Assembly: GCA_043814095.1 (NCBI GenBank) | Contig: JBDRKI010000102.1 | Span: 64,001 to 128,000, forward strand | Source: Armatimonadota bacterium | Lineage (GTDB): Bacteria; Vulcanimicrobiota; JACPDS01; JBDRKI01 | Direction: 5' to 3' | Length of the DNA stretch: 64,000 nt | Shown here: positions 49,045-57,602 of the stretch, in pieces | How the letters are laid out: each line of letters starts with the position of its first letter | Numbering within the stretch: position 1 is the first letter of the stretch | Notes under the pieces: model-generated | What the model saw: only the letters and a program-made list of their open reading frames with translations | What the model was told of the DNA's origin: nothing | The model's database searches: none | Translations under genes and position numbers: made by a program

Positions 49045-50931
49045 CTAATCTATAAATTCCCTGAACCAGACTTCAGTTGTAAGATAACGCCATATCTGCC
49101 AGCTTAAGTCAGCTTCTCCTGTTACATGCTTCCGGAACTGTTTTTCAACCTCTTTATGATTAAATATATTCCTGTTCTTGGATTTTTCCGATAATAAAAT
49201 ATCCGCCACATCATTTTTAATATCGCTCCTTAACCACCTGGCAAAAGGAGTAGGATATCCTTTTTTATCCCGTCTTTCTACAACCTCACGGGGAAGCACG
49301 TCTTTTAACGCTTTTCTCATTACAACTTTTGTCGTATCTTCTTTTATCTTTTCCTCAAAAGGAAGCCCCATACAGAATTCAACCAGGCGGTAATCCAGAA
49401 ACGGCACGCGCGATTCAATGGAAAATGCCATTGAATTCCTGTCTTCATAATGAAGAAGTGCCGGGATTGACGTTCGCGTAAGGGCCGCATAAGAAGCATT
49501 ATCTAAATCGTTTTTAAATTTCCTGCCGTTTGTCCTTACAAGTCTGTCTTTAACTGCCGCAAATACAAATTCCGGATGAAAAACAGAAGAGCCTTCTTTC
49601 TTAAAAAGGTTTATCTTCGGCATCCTGAGAAGATTATTTAAAAATCTGGGGAGCAGAACTTCTCTTAACATCTCAACTTTGCCACCGCAGAACTCCATAT
49701 TCGTCAACTCTTTAATCTTGGGATACTCATTAAGTATCCTTCTGGCCAGATCAAGCGAACCTGTATTATTTTCCTTTTTTACCGATGAAAGATAATGTTC
49801 GAAAAAGTAAAAATAACCGCCTAACAGTTCATCCGCACCCTGTCCGTCAAGCAGAACCTTAACATTGTCCTGGGCAAGCTGCATTACATGCCACTGCGAG
49901 TAAAGGCCGGGGCCGGCGCTCGGTTCATCCTGATGGTATACAATCTTTTTTAAGATATCCATAAAATTCTTGCTCTCGGGAAATACCTGATGGGAAATTG
50001 TATTATTAAAATTATTAACTATATTTATATAATAACTCTCATCACAGTCTTTATCTTCGTAAATAGACGAAAAAGTATGCATCCGGGCTTCAATCATCTT
50101 TGAAGAAAGCGTCACTATGGATGACGAATCAAGACCACCGCTTAAACATGTCCCTACGGGCACATCGGATCTTAAACGGAGGTTAACAGCTTTTGTAAGA
50201 AGCTCGAGAAAAGTCTCCTCCGGTTTTGTATAATCATAACTTTCTCTTGATGATTCATAATAATCCCAGTACCTGTAAATTTTAAGCTGGTTTCCCTCTA
50301 TTGTAAGGCTGTGCGCGGGAGGCAGCGCTTTTATGTCTTTATAGAAGGTGTCATCCGCATCATCAAGCGCGCCGGTGTTAAAAAAGTAATGAAGGTATGA
50401 ATAATGGGGGTTTTTAAGTCCGGGGTTATTTATAAGGAGCGCTTTTATCTCGGACGCGAAAACAAACGAAGAATTATTTTTATGGTAATAAAACGGCTTT
50501 ATCCCGAAACGGTCACGGCTTGCAAAAATCTTTCTGTTTTTTACGTCATAAATAACAAAAGCCCACATACCGTTAAATTTATTCACACAGCTCTCACCCC
50601 ACATAAGGTATGAAGCAAGAATTACTTCTGTGTCTGATGCGGACCTGAATTTATATCCTTTTTTTTCAAGTTCCTCGCGCAGTTCTATGTAATTATACAC
50701 TTCGCCGTTGTGGATAATCCAGTAATTTTCATCCCCGTAAGACATCGGCTGGTGAGCAAGTTCCGATAAATCTATAATAGAGAGCCTTACATGGCCAAGC
50801 CCTATATTTTTATCAATGAGTATACCTTCCCCGTCAGGACCACGGTGCTTTATGGTTTTAAGCATAGATAAAAGAGCTTCCTTTTCCACACTCTCATTAT
50901 TTAAATTTATTATGCCAGCAATTCCGCACAC
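49045..50931 (-). CDS. asnB: Asparagine synthase (glutamine-hydrolysing)-family amidotransferase
   Basis: MCGI, HRGPD, NGEVYNY, RDRFGIKP, LSGGLDSS, GQGADEL, ESRVPFLD. Confidence 0.92.
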   Translation of the reverse strand: MCGIAGIINLNNESVEKEALLSMLKTIKHRGPDGEGILIDKNIGLGHVRLSIIDLSELAHQPMSYGDENYWIIHNGEVYNYIELREELEKKGYKFRSASDTEVILASYLMWGESCVNKFNGMWAFVIYDVKNRKIFASRDRFGIKPFYYHKNNSSFVFASEIKALLINNPGLKNPHYSYLHYFFNTGALDDADDTFYKDIKALPPAHSLTIEGNQLKIYRYWDYYESSRESYDYTKPEETFLELLTKAVNLRLRSDVPVGTCLSGGLDSSSIVTLSSKMIEARMHTFSSIYEDKDCDESYYINIVNNFNNTISHQVFPESKNFMDILKKIVYHQDEPSAGPGLYSQWHVMQLAQDNVKVLLDGQGADELLGGYFYFFEHYLSSVKKENNTGSLDLARRILNEYPKIKELTNMEFCGGKVEMLREVLLPRFLNNLLRMPKINLFKKEGSSVFHPEFVFAAVKDRLVRTNGRKFKNDLDNASYAALTRTSIPALLHYEDRNSMAFSIESRVPFLDYRLVEFCMGLPFEEKIKEDTTKVVMRKALKDVLPREVVERRDKKGYPTPFARWLRSDIKNDVADILLSEKSKNRNIFNHKEVEKQFRKHVTGEADLSWQIWRYLTTEVWFREFID

Positions 50932-50942
50932 TTAAAAACTCC

Positions 50943-52151
50943 TTATTCTTTACTTCCGGCTAATATATCAATAACCCTGTCAAAAGCACTCTCATACCGG
51001 CTGTAAACATCTTCCAGTTTATGACTCATTTTAACAAGCTCCTGCGGGTTATTAAGATAAACCTTGACTTTGCTGTATATCTCTTCAACGGTAAGATCTT
51101 TAACTAACTCCGGTACAATATATTCTCCCGCGAGTATATTGGGTTGAGCTGTAAACCCGTAGGTTTTCGCGAATTTCCTTATTAAGTGATACTTAATTTT
51201 TCTGCCGACCCCTCCCAGATAATCCAGCAATCCCGCAAGACCGAAATAAGGGATAAGTTCAGCCCTGTTTAAAGGAACAATAGTAAGCATGGGTATGCCC
51301 AGCGCCCCTAACTGCGCGGTTTTCGTCCCCGGGATGCAGACCGCGAAATGGGATTTTGCCATCTGCCGGTACTGGTTCTCTGAAACCAGCTCTATCTGAG
51401 CTCCCTCATCCGACCTTAACTCTTTATTTTCTATATCCACCAATGTCCTTACACCTTTTAATTTTTCATCAGGCATAATGTACTGTTCTTCTAAAAATCT
51501 ACTCTTTAAAAGATAGGGGGAAACAATAAGATTGAATCTTATGCCTTCAACTTCTTTTTTTAACATTGAAGCAACCTGCATAAATACGGGCGCTAATACT
51601 TTAAACTCTATCTCACGCGAACCCGGCAGAAAGCTTACGGTAAGCTCTTTATTCTTCATCCGGGTTTTATACGATTTCATGGCGTCATATATAAGGTCGC
51701 CGGCTGTAAATATTTTATCTTTTGATATTTTCTGGCTTAAGAGCCGATCTTTGTCCTTTTTATGTCTTACTAAATATCCCGTGAAATGTTTATCCCATAA
51801 AGGGTTTGCCCATATATAGGAGTACGCACTGCATTTTAAATTTCTTGCAAGCAGGGCCGCGTACATAATATCCCCGCCAAGATGGAGTATAACGGCATTG
51901 GAAGTAAAATATTTTGACTTTTTAAAGATTAAAGACCATATACTGCCCGGAGAAAATATTTTTACTACCCCTTCTATATGGGATGCAACTTCTTTCTCGG
52001 CTCCCGATGAGAAAACGCACGGCAAAAGAACTATATATATTTCTGTGTGAGGATATATTTCTTTTATCTTCTTAATAAGAGGCTCAGCCCAGCCAGAGAT
52101 CTCCCCCGGGCTGTTGGCGGTAATTATAATGCTTTCTAATTCTTTTCTCAT
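50943..52151 (-). CDS. LpxB-related GT-B glycosyltransferase
   Basis: NSPGE, LPGSR..E, PGTKTAQL, PNILAG..IVPEL. Confidence 0.65.
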   Translation of the reverse strand: MRKELESIIITANSPGEISGWAEPLIKKIKEIYPHTEIYIVLLPCVFSSGAEKEVASHIEGVVKIFSPGSIWSLIFKKSKYFTSNAVILHLGGDIMYAALLARNLKCSAYSYIWANPLWDKHFTGYLVRHKKDKDRLLSQKISKDKIFTAGDLIYDAMKSYKTRMKNKELTVSFLPGSREIEFKVLAPVFMQVASMLKKEVEGIRFNLIVSPYLLKSRFLEEQYIMPDEKLKGVRTLVDIENKELRSDEGAQIELVSENQYRQMAKSHFAVCIPGTKTAQLGALGIPMLTIVPLNRAELIPYFGLAGLLDYLGGVGRKIKYHLIRKFAKTYGFTAQPNILAGEYIVPELVKDLTVEEIYSKVKVYLNNPQELVKMSHKLEDVYSRYESAFDRVIDILAGSKE

Positions 52152-52627
52152 ATTCCGATCTTCTTAAGTTTTTTTATTATATTCGTTGTGGAAAACCCCG
52201 GTATATATTTAACTATCTTTACCTTCCCTCCGTACATAGCTACGATTTTAGCCTCGGGAAGCTCACCGGGCGTATAATCCCCGCCCTTTACGTGAATATC
52301 AGGCTTTAGTTCTCCTATAAGCTTCTCCGGCGTATCTTCATTGAATATAATTACATAGTCAACAGATACAAGCCCCGATAAAGCTTTTGCTCTTTCTTTT
52401 TGCGAGAATAACGGCCTGTCTTTTCCTTTAAGTTTTTTTACGGACAAATCGCTGTTTAACCCTATAATAAGAGTATCCCCGTAAGACTTAGCTTTCTCAA
52501 GATAACTTATATGCCCCACATGCAGTATATCAAAACACCCGTTTGTAAATACAATCTTACCGCCCTGTTTCTTAAGCTTTGATATTATGCTTTTTAAGGC
52601 TTTCGGCGTTTTTAACTTTTTATTCAT
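52148..52627 (-). CDS. rfaE2: Heptose-1-phosphate adenylyltransferase
   Basis: FTNGCFDILHVGH, GLNSD.SV..LKG, VKGGDY, STT. Confidence 0.93.
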   Translation of the reverse strand: MNKKLKTPKALKSIISKLKKQGGKIVFTNGCFDILHVGHISYLEKAKSYGDTLIIGLNSDLSVKKLKGKDRPLFSQKERAKALSGLVSVDYVIIFNEDTPEKLIGELKPDIHVKGGDYTPGELPEAKIVAMYGGKVKIVKYIPGFSTTNIIKKLKKIGI

Positions 52628-52645
52628 AAAATAAGCCCCTGTATA

Positions 52646-53620
52646 TTATTTAAGTACTTCTTTCAGTTCATCTGTCGTAACTGTGGCGGTTCCCACCTTG
52701 CGTACAACTATAGAAGCGGCGTAATTTGATAAAACAGCGGCATCCTTAACAGACGCGCCCGAAGCTACTGCCAGCGAGAATACGGAAACAACCGTATCTC
52801 CAGCTCCGCTTACATCATAAACCTGGCTCGCGAGCGCGGGAACATGAACGGGCTTCTTTCCTTTTTCAAATATGCTCATACCTTCCTCACCGCGCGTAAT
52901 TATTATGGCTCCGGCACAAGTTCTGTCTAAAAGAGCCTGGCCCGCTTTAAATAAGCTTTTCTCGTCCTTTATGGTTATGCCTGAGGCGCTTGCCGCTTCG
53001 GATTTATTTAAGGATATGCAGTCCGCGTCTTTAAATAAATCTATGTTCACAGGCTTGGGTCCCGCGATAATTTTAACTTTTGATTTTCTGCATTTTGAAA
53101 TAAGCTCATCAACAAATTCTTTGCAGAGCATCCCCTTAGCGTAATCCGATATAAGGACGGCATCATAGCTTTTAATATTGCCGTCAATTTTCACAAGAAG
53201 CTGGTCAATTGTATTTTTCGGCACAGCTGCTATTTTTTCATAATCAGTCCTTACAACCTGCTGGTTATGAGCGACTATCCTTGTTTTTAACGTGGTAGGC
53301 CTTCCTTTATCCTCCACAATACCTTTTACGTCAACTCCCTTAGCTCTAAGATCTTTTTTAAGAAGCTTCCCTATAAAGTCTTTACCTATAACCCCGCTCA
53401 AGCTCACCTTTGCCCCGAGCGCGCATAAATTATTAACCACATTGGCGGCTCCTCCCGGGGTAAAAGAATATGAATCAACTTCAACTACCGGTACGGGGGC
53501 TTCCGGGGAAATCCTGTTTACGGTTCCCCATACCCAGTAATCCATCATACAGTCCCCTATAACCAGTACCTTAAGCGTCTTAAAAGAAGAAAGTATATTT
53601 TTTAGTTTTTTCTTATCCAT
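52646..53620 (-). CDS. rfaE1: Heptose-7-phosphate kinase
   Basis: RISPEAPVPV, GGAANV, SDYAKG, DVSGAGDTV. Confidence 0.93.
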   Translation of the reverse strand: MDKKKLKNILSSFKTLKVLVIGDCMMDYWVWGTVNRISPEAPVPVVEVDSYSFTPGGAANVVNNLCALGAKVSLSGVIGKDFIGKLLKKDLRAKGVDVKGIVEDKGRPTTLKTRIVAHNQQVVRTDYEKIAAVPKNTIDQLLVKIDGNIKSYDAVLISDYAKGMLCKEFVDELISKCRKSKVKIIAGPKPVNIDLFKDADCISLNKSEAASASGITIKDEKSLFKAGQALLDRTCAGAIIITRGEEGMSIFEKGKKPVHVPALASQVYDVSGAGDTVVSVFSLAVASGASVKDAAVLSNYAASIVVRKVGTATVTTDELKEVLK

Positions 53621-53771
53621 AACAACCACCTGTATAATTTAAATAATGTAGAATAATAGTATTTATTATTATATACTATTTCAATATATATGAAAAGTAT
53701 GACAAGTTAAATTTTGCAAAATATATTAAAATATGCTAAAATTTATCAATAAATTACATATGGAGTCAACT

Positions 53772-55295
53772 ATGAGCAAAGAGTATTACTATGTCACAAC
53801 ACCCATTTATTACGTAAACGCGGAACCCCATATAGGCCATACATATACCACTATAGTGGCGGATGTTATAAAAAAATACCGACAATTGAAGGGTGAGAAG
53901 GCTTTTTTCCTCACCGGCACCGATGAACACGGTTTAAAAATAGCCCAGTCAGCCCAGAAAGCAGGTAAAGACGTAAATGTTTTCTGTGATGAGGTTGCTG
54001 AAAAATATAAACAAGCCTGGAATAAATTAAGCTTTGATTATGATAATTTTATCCGTACAACCGATCCCGAACACGAAGAATGTGTAAAAATTATCCTCCA
54101 GAAATTATATGATAAGGGCTATATATACAAAAGCAAGTATGAAGGATTATACTGCGTCGGATGCGAGAAATATCTCGGAGAAGACGATCTTGCAGACGGC
54201 TTATGCCCGGACCACAGAACAAAACCTGAAACTTTAGAAGAAGAAAATTATTTCTTTAAGCTCTCCGCATTTCAGGATAAACTAATTGAACTTATAGAAA
54301 AAGACGAAATTAAGATAATGCCCGATATAAGAAAAAACGAAGTTTTGGGTAAACTCAGACTGGGGCTTGAGGATATAAGTATATCAAGGTCTCACTTAAA
54401 ATGGGGTGTAAACCTCCCCTTTGACGAATCACAGATCGCGTATGTATGGATAGACGCTCTTGTAAATTACTTATCGGGAATAGGATATAATTCCGATAAC
54501 GAGTTATTCAATAAAGTATGGCCTGCCGATATACACCTCTTAGCAAAAGATATTCTGTGGTTCCACTGCATTATATGGCCTGCGGTACTATTAGCGGTTG
54601 ACCTTCCCCTTCCTAAATCACTGTTTGTACACGGCTTTTTTACGGTCAATAACCAGAAGATAAGCAAGACACTGGGAAACATAATTGACCCTGTAGCTTT
54701 ATCGGAAGAATTCGGCATAGATGTTGTAAGATATTTTATGTTAAGGGAAGCAACTTTCGGGCTTGATTATGATTTCTCGGAAGAAGCCATAAAAAGAAGA
54801 TTAAACACCGATCTTGCCAATGACTTAGGCAATCTATTAAACAGGTCAGTCTCCATGGCGGGTAAATACTTTGAAGGCAGAATAGTAAAAAAAGAAGACG
54901 GTGAACTTCTAGATAAAGAAATATCTCTTCTGGCAGAAGAAATAAAAAAAGAATACATAACTTTTATGGATGAGCTTGCTTTAAGGCAGGCCTTGGAATC
55001 CGTATGGAAGCTTGTCGTAAGGTTAAACAGGTATGTTGAAGAGACCGCCCCCTGGAAATTATCTAAAGAAGGCAATACAGAGAGATTAAATACCGTAATG
55101 TATAACCTCATAGAGGGCTTAAGGCATATATCAATACTTATATACCCTATTATGCCTCATGCCGCGCAGAATATATGGACCCAGTTAGGATTAAAAGATA
55201 ATGTGAAAGATCAGTGTATAAACAGCTTGAAATGGGGCCAGATTGAAGAAACAATCATTGTAAAAGGCGAACCGTTATTTAAAAAGGCAGAGTAA
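53772..55295 (+). CDS. metG: Methionyl-tRNA synthetase (short form)
   Basis: TTPIYYVN..PHIGH, GTDEHG, YVWIDAL, KISKTLGN, LANDLGNL. Confidence 0.95.
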   Translation: MSKEYYYVTTPIYYVNAEPHIGHTYTTIVADVIKKYRQLKGEKAFFLTGTDEHGLKIAQSAQKAGKDVNVFCDEVAEKYKQAWNKLSFDYDNFIRTTDPEHEECVKIILQKLYDKGYIYKSKYEGLYCVGCEKYLGEDDLADGLCPDHRTKPETLEEENYFFKLSAFQDKLIELIEKDEIKIMPDIRKNEVLGKLRLGLEDISISRSHLKWGVNLPFDESQIAYVWIDALVNYLSGIGYNSDNELFNKVWPADIHLLAKDILWFHCIIWPAVLLAVDLPLPKSLFVHGFFTVNNQKISKTLGNIIDPVALSEEFGIDVVRYFMLREATFGLDYDFSEEAIKRRLNTDLANDLGNLLNRSVSMAGKYFEGRIVKKEDGELLDKEISLLAEEIKKEYITFMDELALRQALESVWKLVVRLNRYVEETAPWKLSKEGNTERLNTVMYNLIEGLRHISILIYPIMPHAAQNIWTQLGLKDNVKDQCINSLKWGQIEETIIVKGEPLFKKAE

Positions 55296-55305
55296 GAATA
55301 TAATT

Positions 55306-56061
55306 ATGTTTATAGATACCCACATACATCTTGATTCAAAAGAATATGAGAATGACCTGGAAGAAGTATTAAGTAAAGCCGGGGAAAAAGAGGTTGAATA
55401 CTGTATAAATCCCGGCTCTGATTTAAGGTCTTTAGATACAATACCCCGGATATCAGAAAAATATCCCCAGATCCTCCCTGCATACGGGATACATCCCCAT
55501 GACGCCAAAGATTTCAATGATAATCTATATTCTAAAATAAAAACTATGCTCCAGGAAAAAGCTGTAGCTGTAGGCGAAACAGGATTAGATTTTCATTATA
55601 ATTTCAGTGAACCTCAAATACAAAAAGAAGTCTTTTTAAAACACATAAACCTGAGTAAAGAGTTTGACCTTCCTTTAATAATACACTCAAGAAAAGCGGA
55701 AGAAGATATATATAACCTGCTAAAAAAGGAAAATATGAAAAAAGGCGTCATACACTGTTATTCAGGATCACTTGAATACGCTGAAAAGTTCATCAATCTC
55801 GGTTTCTATATAGGAATAACGGGAGTTGTGACTTTCCCTAAAGCTGAGAATATAAGGGATATTGTTAAAAATATACCTTTAGAACGCATATTAACCGAGA
55901 CTGACGGCCCTTATATGGCTCCTGTCCCCCATAGGGGCAAAAGGAACCTACCTGAATACATACCCTTTATTGCAGAAAAGATAACCCAAATAAAAGAAAA
56001 AAACCTTGAAGTAATTCAAGGTCAATTATTTGAAAACGCTAAGGATTTATTTGGATTTTAA
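55306..56061 (+). CDS. tatD: TatD-family nuclease
   Basis: DTHIH, GIHPH, GETGLD, IHSR, HCYSG, ETDGPY. Confidence 0.93.
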   Translation: MFIDTHIHLDSKEYENDLEEVLSKAGEKEVEYCINPGSDLRSLDTIPRISEKYPQILPAYGIHPHDAKDFNDNLYSKIKTMLQEKAVAVGETGLDFHYNFSEPQIQKEVFLKHINLSKEFDLPLIIHSRKAEEDIYNLLKKENMKKGVIHCYSGSLEYAEKFINLGFYIGITGVVTFPKAENIRDIVKNIPLERILTETDGPYMAPVPHRGKRNLPEYIPFIAEKITQIKEKNLEVIQGQLFENAKDLFGF

Positions 56062-56411
56062 TACATCCCAAGATGAATTAAAAGGGCATTTTCCACCTCT
56101 TTCATTTTTTCTTCGGAAATAGTAGAAAGATGTTTAATAAGCCGGTTTTTATCTACAGTCCTTATTTGATTGCACTTAAATTTTGAATTTTTAGATAAAC
56201 CCGATTCTTCTTTAGAAATTTCCATTTCATATATAAAAACTTTGCCGATTTTGGAAGTCATAGGTATAAGGGTTAAAGTAGGCGCAAATTTATTATTCAT
56301 ATCTTGAGAAATTATTAAGGCAGACCTTGTTTTTTTTATCTCATGACCCTTGGCAGGGTCTAATGCGCTTAGCCAAATCTGCCCCCGTTTAGGATAATCC
56401 ATATTATTCAT
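56058..56411 (-). CDS. mazF: MazF/PemK toxin
   Basis: PKRGQIW...LDPAKGHEIKKTR..LIIS, NQIRTVDKNRL. Confidence 0.9.
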   Translation of the reverse strand: MNNMDYPKRGQIWLSALDPAKGHEIKKTRSALIISQDMNNKFAPTLTLIPMTSKIGKVFIYEMEISKEESGLSKNSKFKCNQIRTVDKNRLIKHLSTISEEKMKEVENALLIHLGMY

Positions 56412-56565
56412 CCCAACCTTCCAAAGTTGCAGCTTCCCATTCTGCGTTAATTTCTTTATCTTCTTCCTGAGTACTCGTATATCCCTCTATCAAAAGCCTA
56501 TCTATTTCTTCCCTTTTAATTTGCCTTATTTTCTCTTTAACCGCCTCGGCAATAAAGCGGCTCAT
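56404..56565 (-). CDS. Short or N-terminally truncated RHH-type antitoxin (53 aa)
   Basis: Manual translation MSRFIAEAVKEKIRQIKREEIDRLLIEGYTSTQEEDKEINAEWEAATLEGWDE; overlaps mazF start; no RBS. Not in ORF track. Confidence 0.65.
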   Translation of the reverse strand: MSRFIAEAVKEKIRQIKREEIDRLLIEGYTSTQEEDKEINAEWEAATLEGWDE

Positions 56566-56631
56566 AAAAAATACTGTATTGTCAATGCGTATTTATTAAA
56601 ATAATTACAAAAAAGCATTAAAAATAAGGGT

Positions 56632-57588
56632 TTATTTGGATTTTTTGTTTGATTTTATATTTTCTATTACAGTACCAAGAATTAACAAGGTACATTCATC
56701 AGTTGCTTCAGTTCTTGCCTCTTCAAGATATGGTATAGCTGATTTATCCATATTATTAAGATAATAAAATGCCGGCATAGTTATAAAAGGTATATCTGTT
56801 TTATTAAAAGTCCATATTATTGCAGGAACCGCACTATCAGGTTTATATTTCCAAACCTTACCCAAAGTAAGCAGGGCCGCTCTTCTTACATATAAACTTT
56901 TATCTGTTTTAAGTATCCTGCAAAGATCAGGGATATCAGACTTAACCGAAGCACCCTCATAACGCAAATCATATATAGCGCATGCGCGCTTTACTTCATT
57001 TAAATTAGTATTTTTGGCAATAGCCATAAGCTGTTTCGGACTATCTCTTCTTTCTACAGAATAAAATATTGTAGATTCTATTCTTAATAAGCTATCGGAG
57101 ATTACATCTGTTATATCGGGAGCTAATATTTTCTCAGAACTGCAGATTGCGGGTATTGCAAGCTCGGGATTATAATGACCCAGACTGCCTAAAGCGATAA
57201 TTACCACCCTTTTTATACTCTGGTTTTGATCTGTTTTCAAGATTCTGCAAAGATGAGGAATTGCTTTACCTGCCGCAGGCCCTTTATTGCATAAGCCTAA
57301 TATTGCCCGCATGCGTTCAATTTCTTTTATATTATCATTTTTTGCTATCTCTATAAGTTTTGGAACGGCATCCTCTGCTTCTATACCCATATCCCTTAAT
57401 TTATCAAGCGCATTCCTGCGGGTAACACCGAAATTAAGCATTTTAATAAGCACATTAACTCTCTTTTTATAGGATTCCTTAATTGTATTTTTTACACAGT
57501 TACTTCTTTTATCAAATTCCTTGACTATGGTTGAGTTTGATTGGAAATCTGATATATTTTTATATGTATTAACTATCTTGGTACCCAT
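56632..57588 (-). CDS. HEAT-repeat protein with internal duplication
   Basis: AVPKLIEIA, AIPHLCRILKTD / DIPDLCRILKTD, VRRAALLTLG. Confidence 0.75.
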   Translation of the reverse strand: MGTKIVNTYKNISDFQSNSTIVKEFDKRSNCVKNTIKESYKKRVNVLIKMLNFGVTRRNALDKLRDMGIEAEDAVPKLIEIAKNDNIKEIERMRAILGLCNKGPAAGKAIPHLCRILKTDQNQSIKRVVIIALGSLGHYNPELAIPAICSSEKILAPDITDVISDSLLRIESTIFYSVERRDSPKQLMAIAKNTNLNEVKRACAIYDLRYEGASVKSDIPDLCRILKTDKSLYVRRAALLTLGKVWKYKPDSAVPAIIWTFNKTDIPFITMPAFYYLNNMDKSAIPYLEEARTEATDECTLLILGTVIENIKSNKKSK

Positions 57589-57602
57589 AAATAAATTCCT
57601 TA

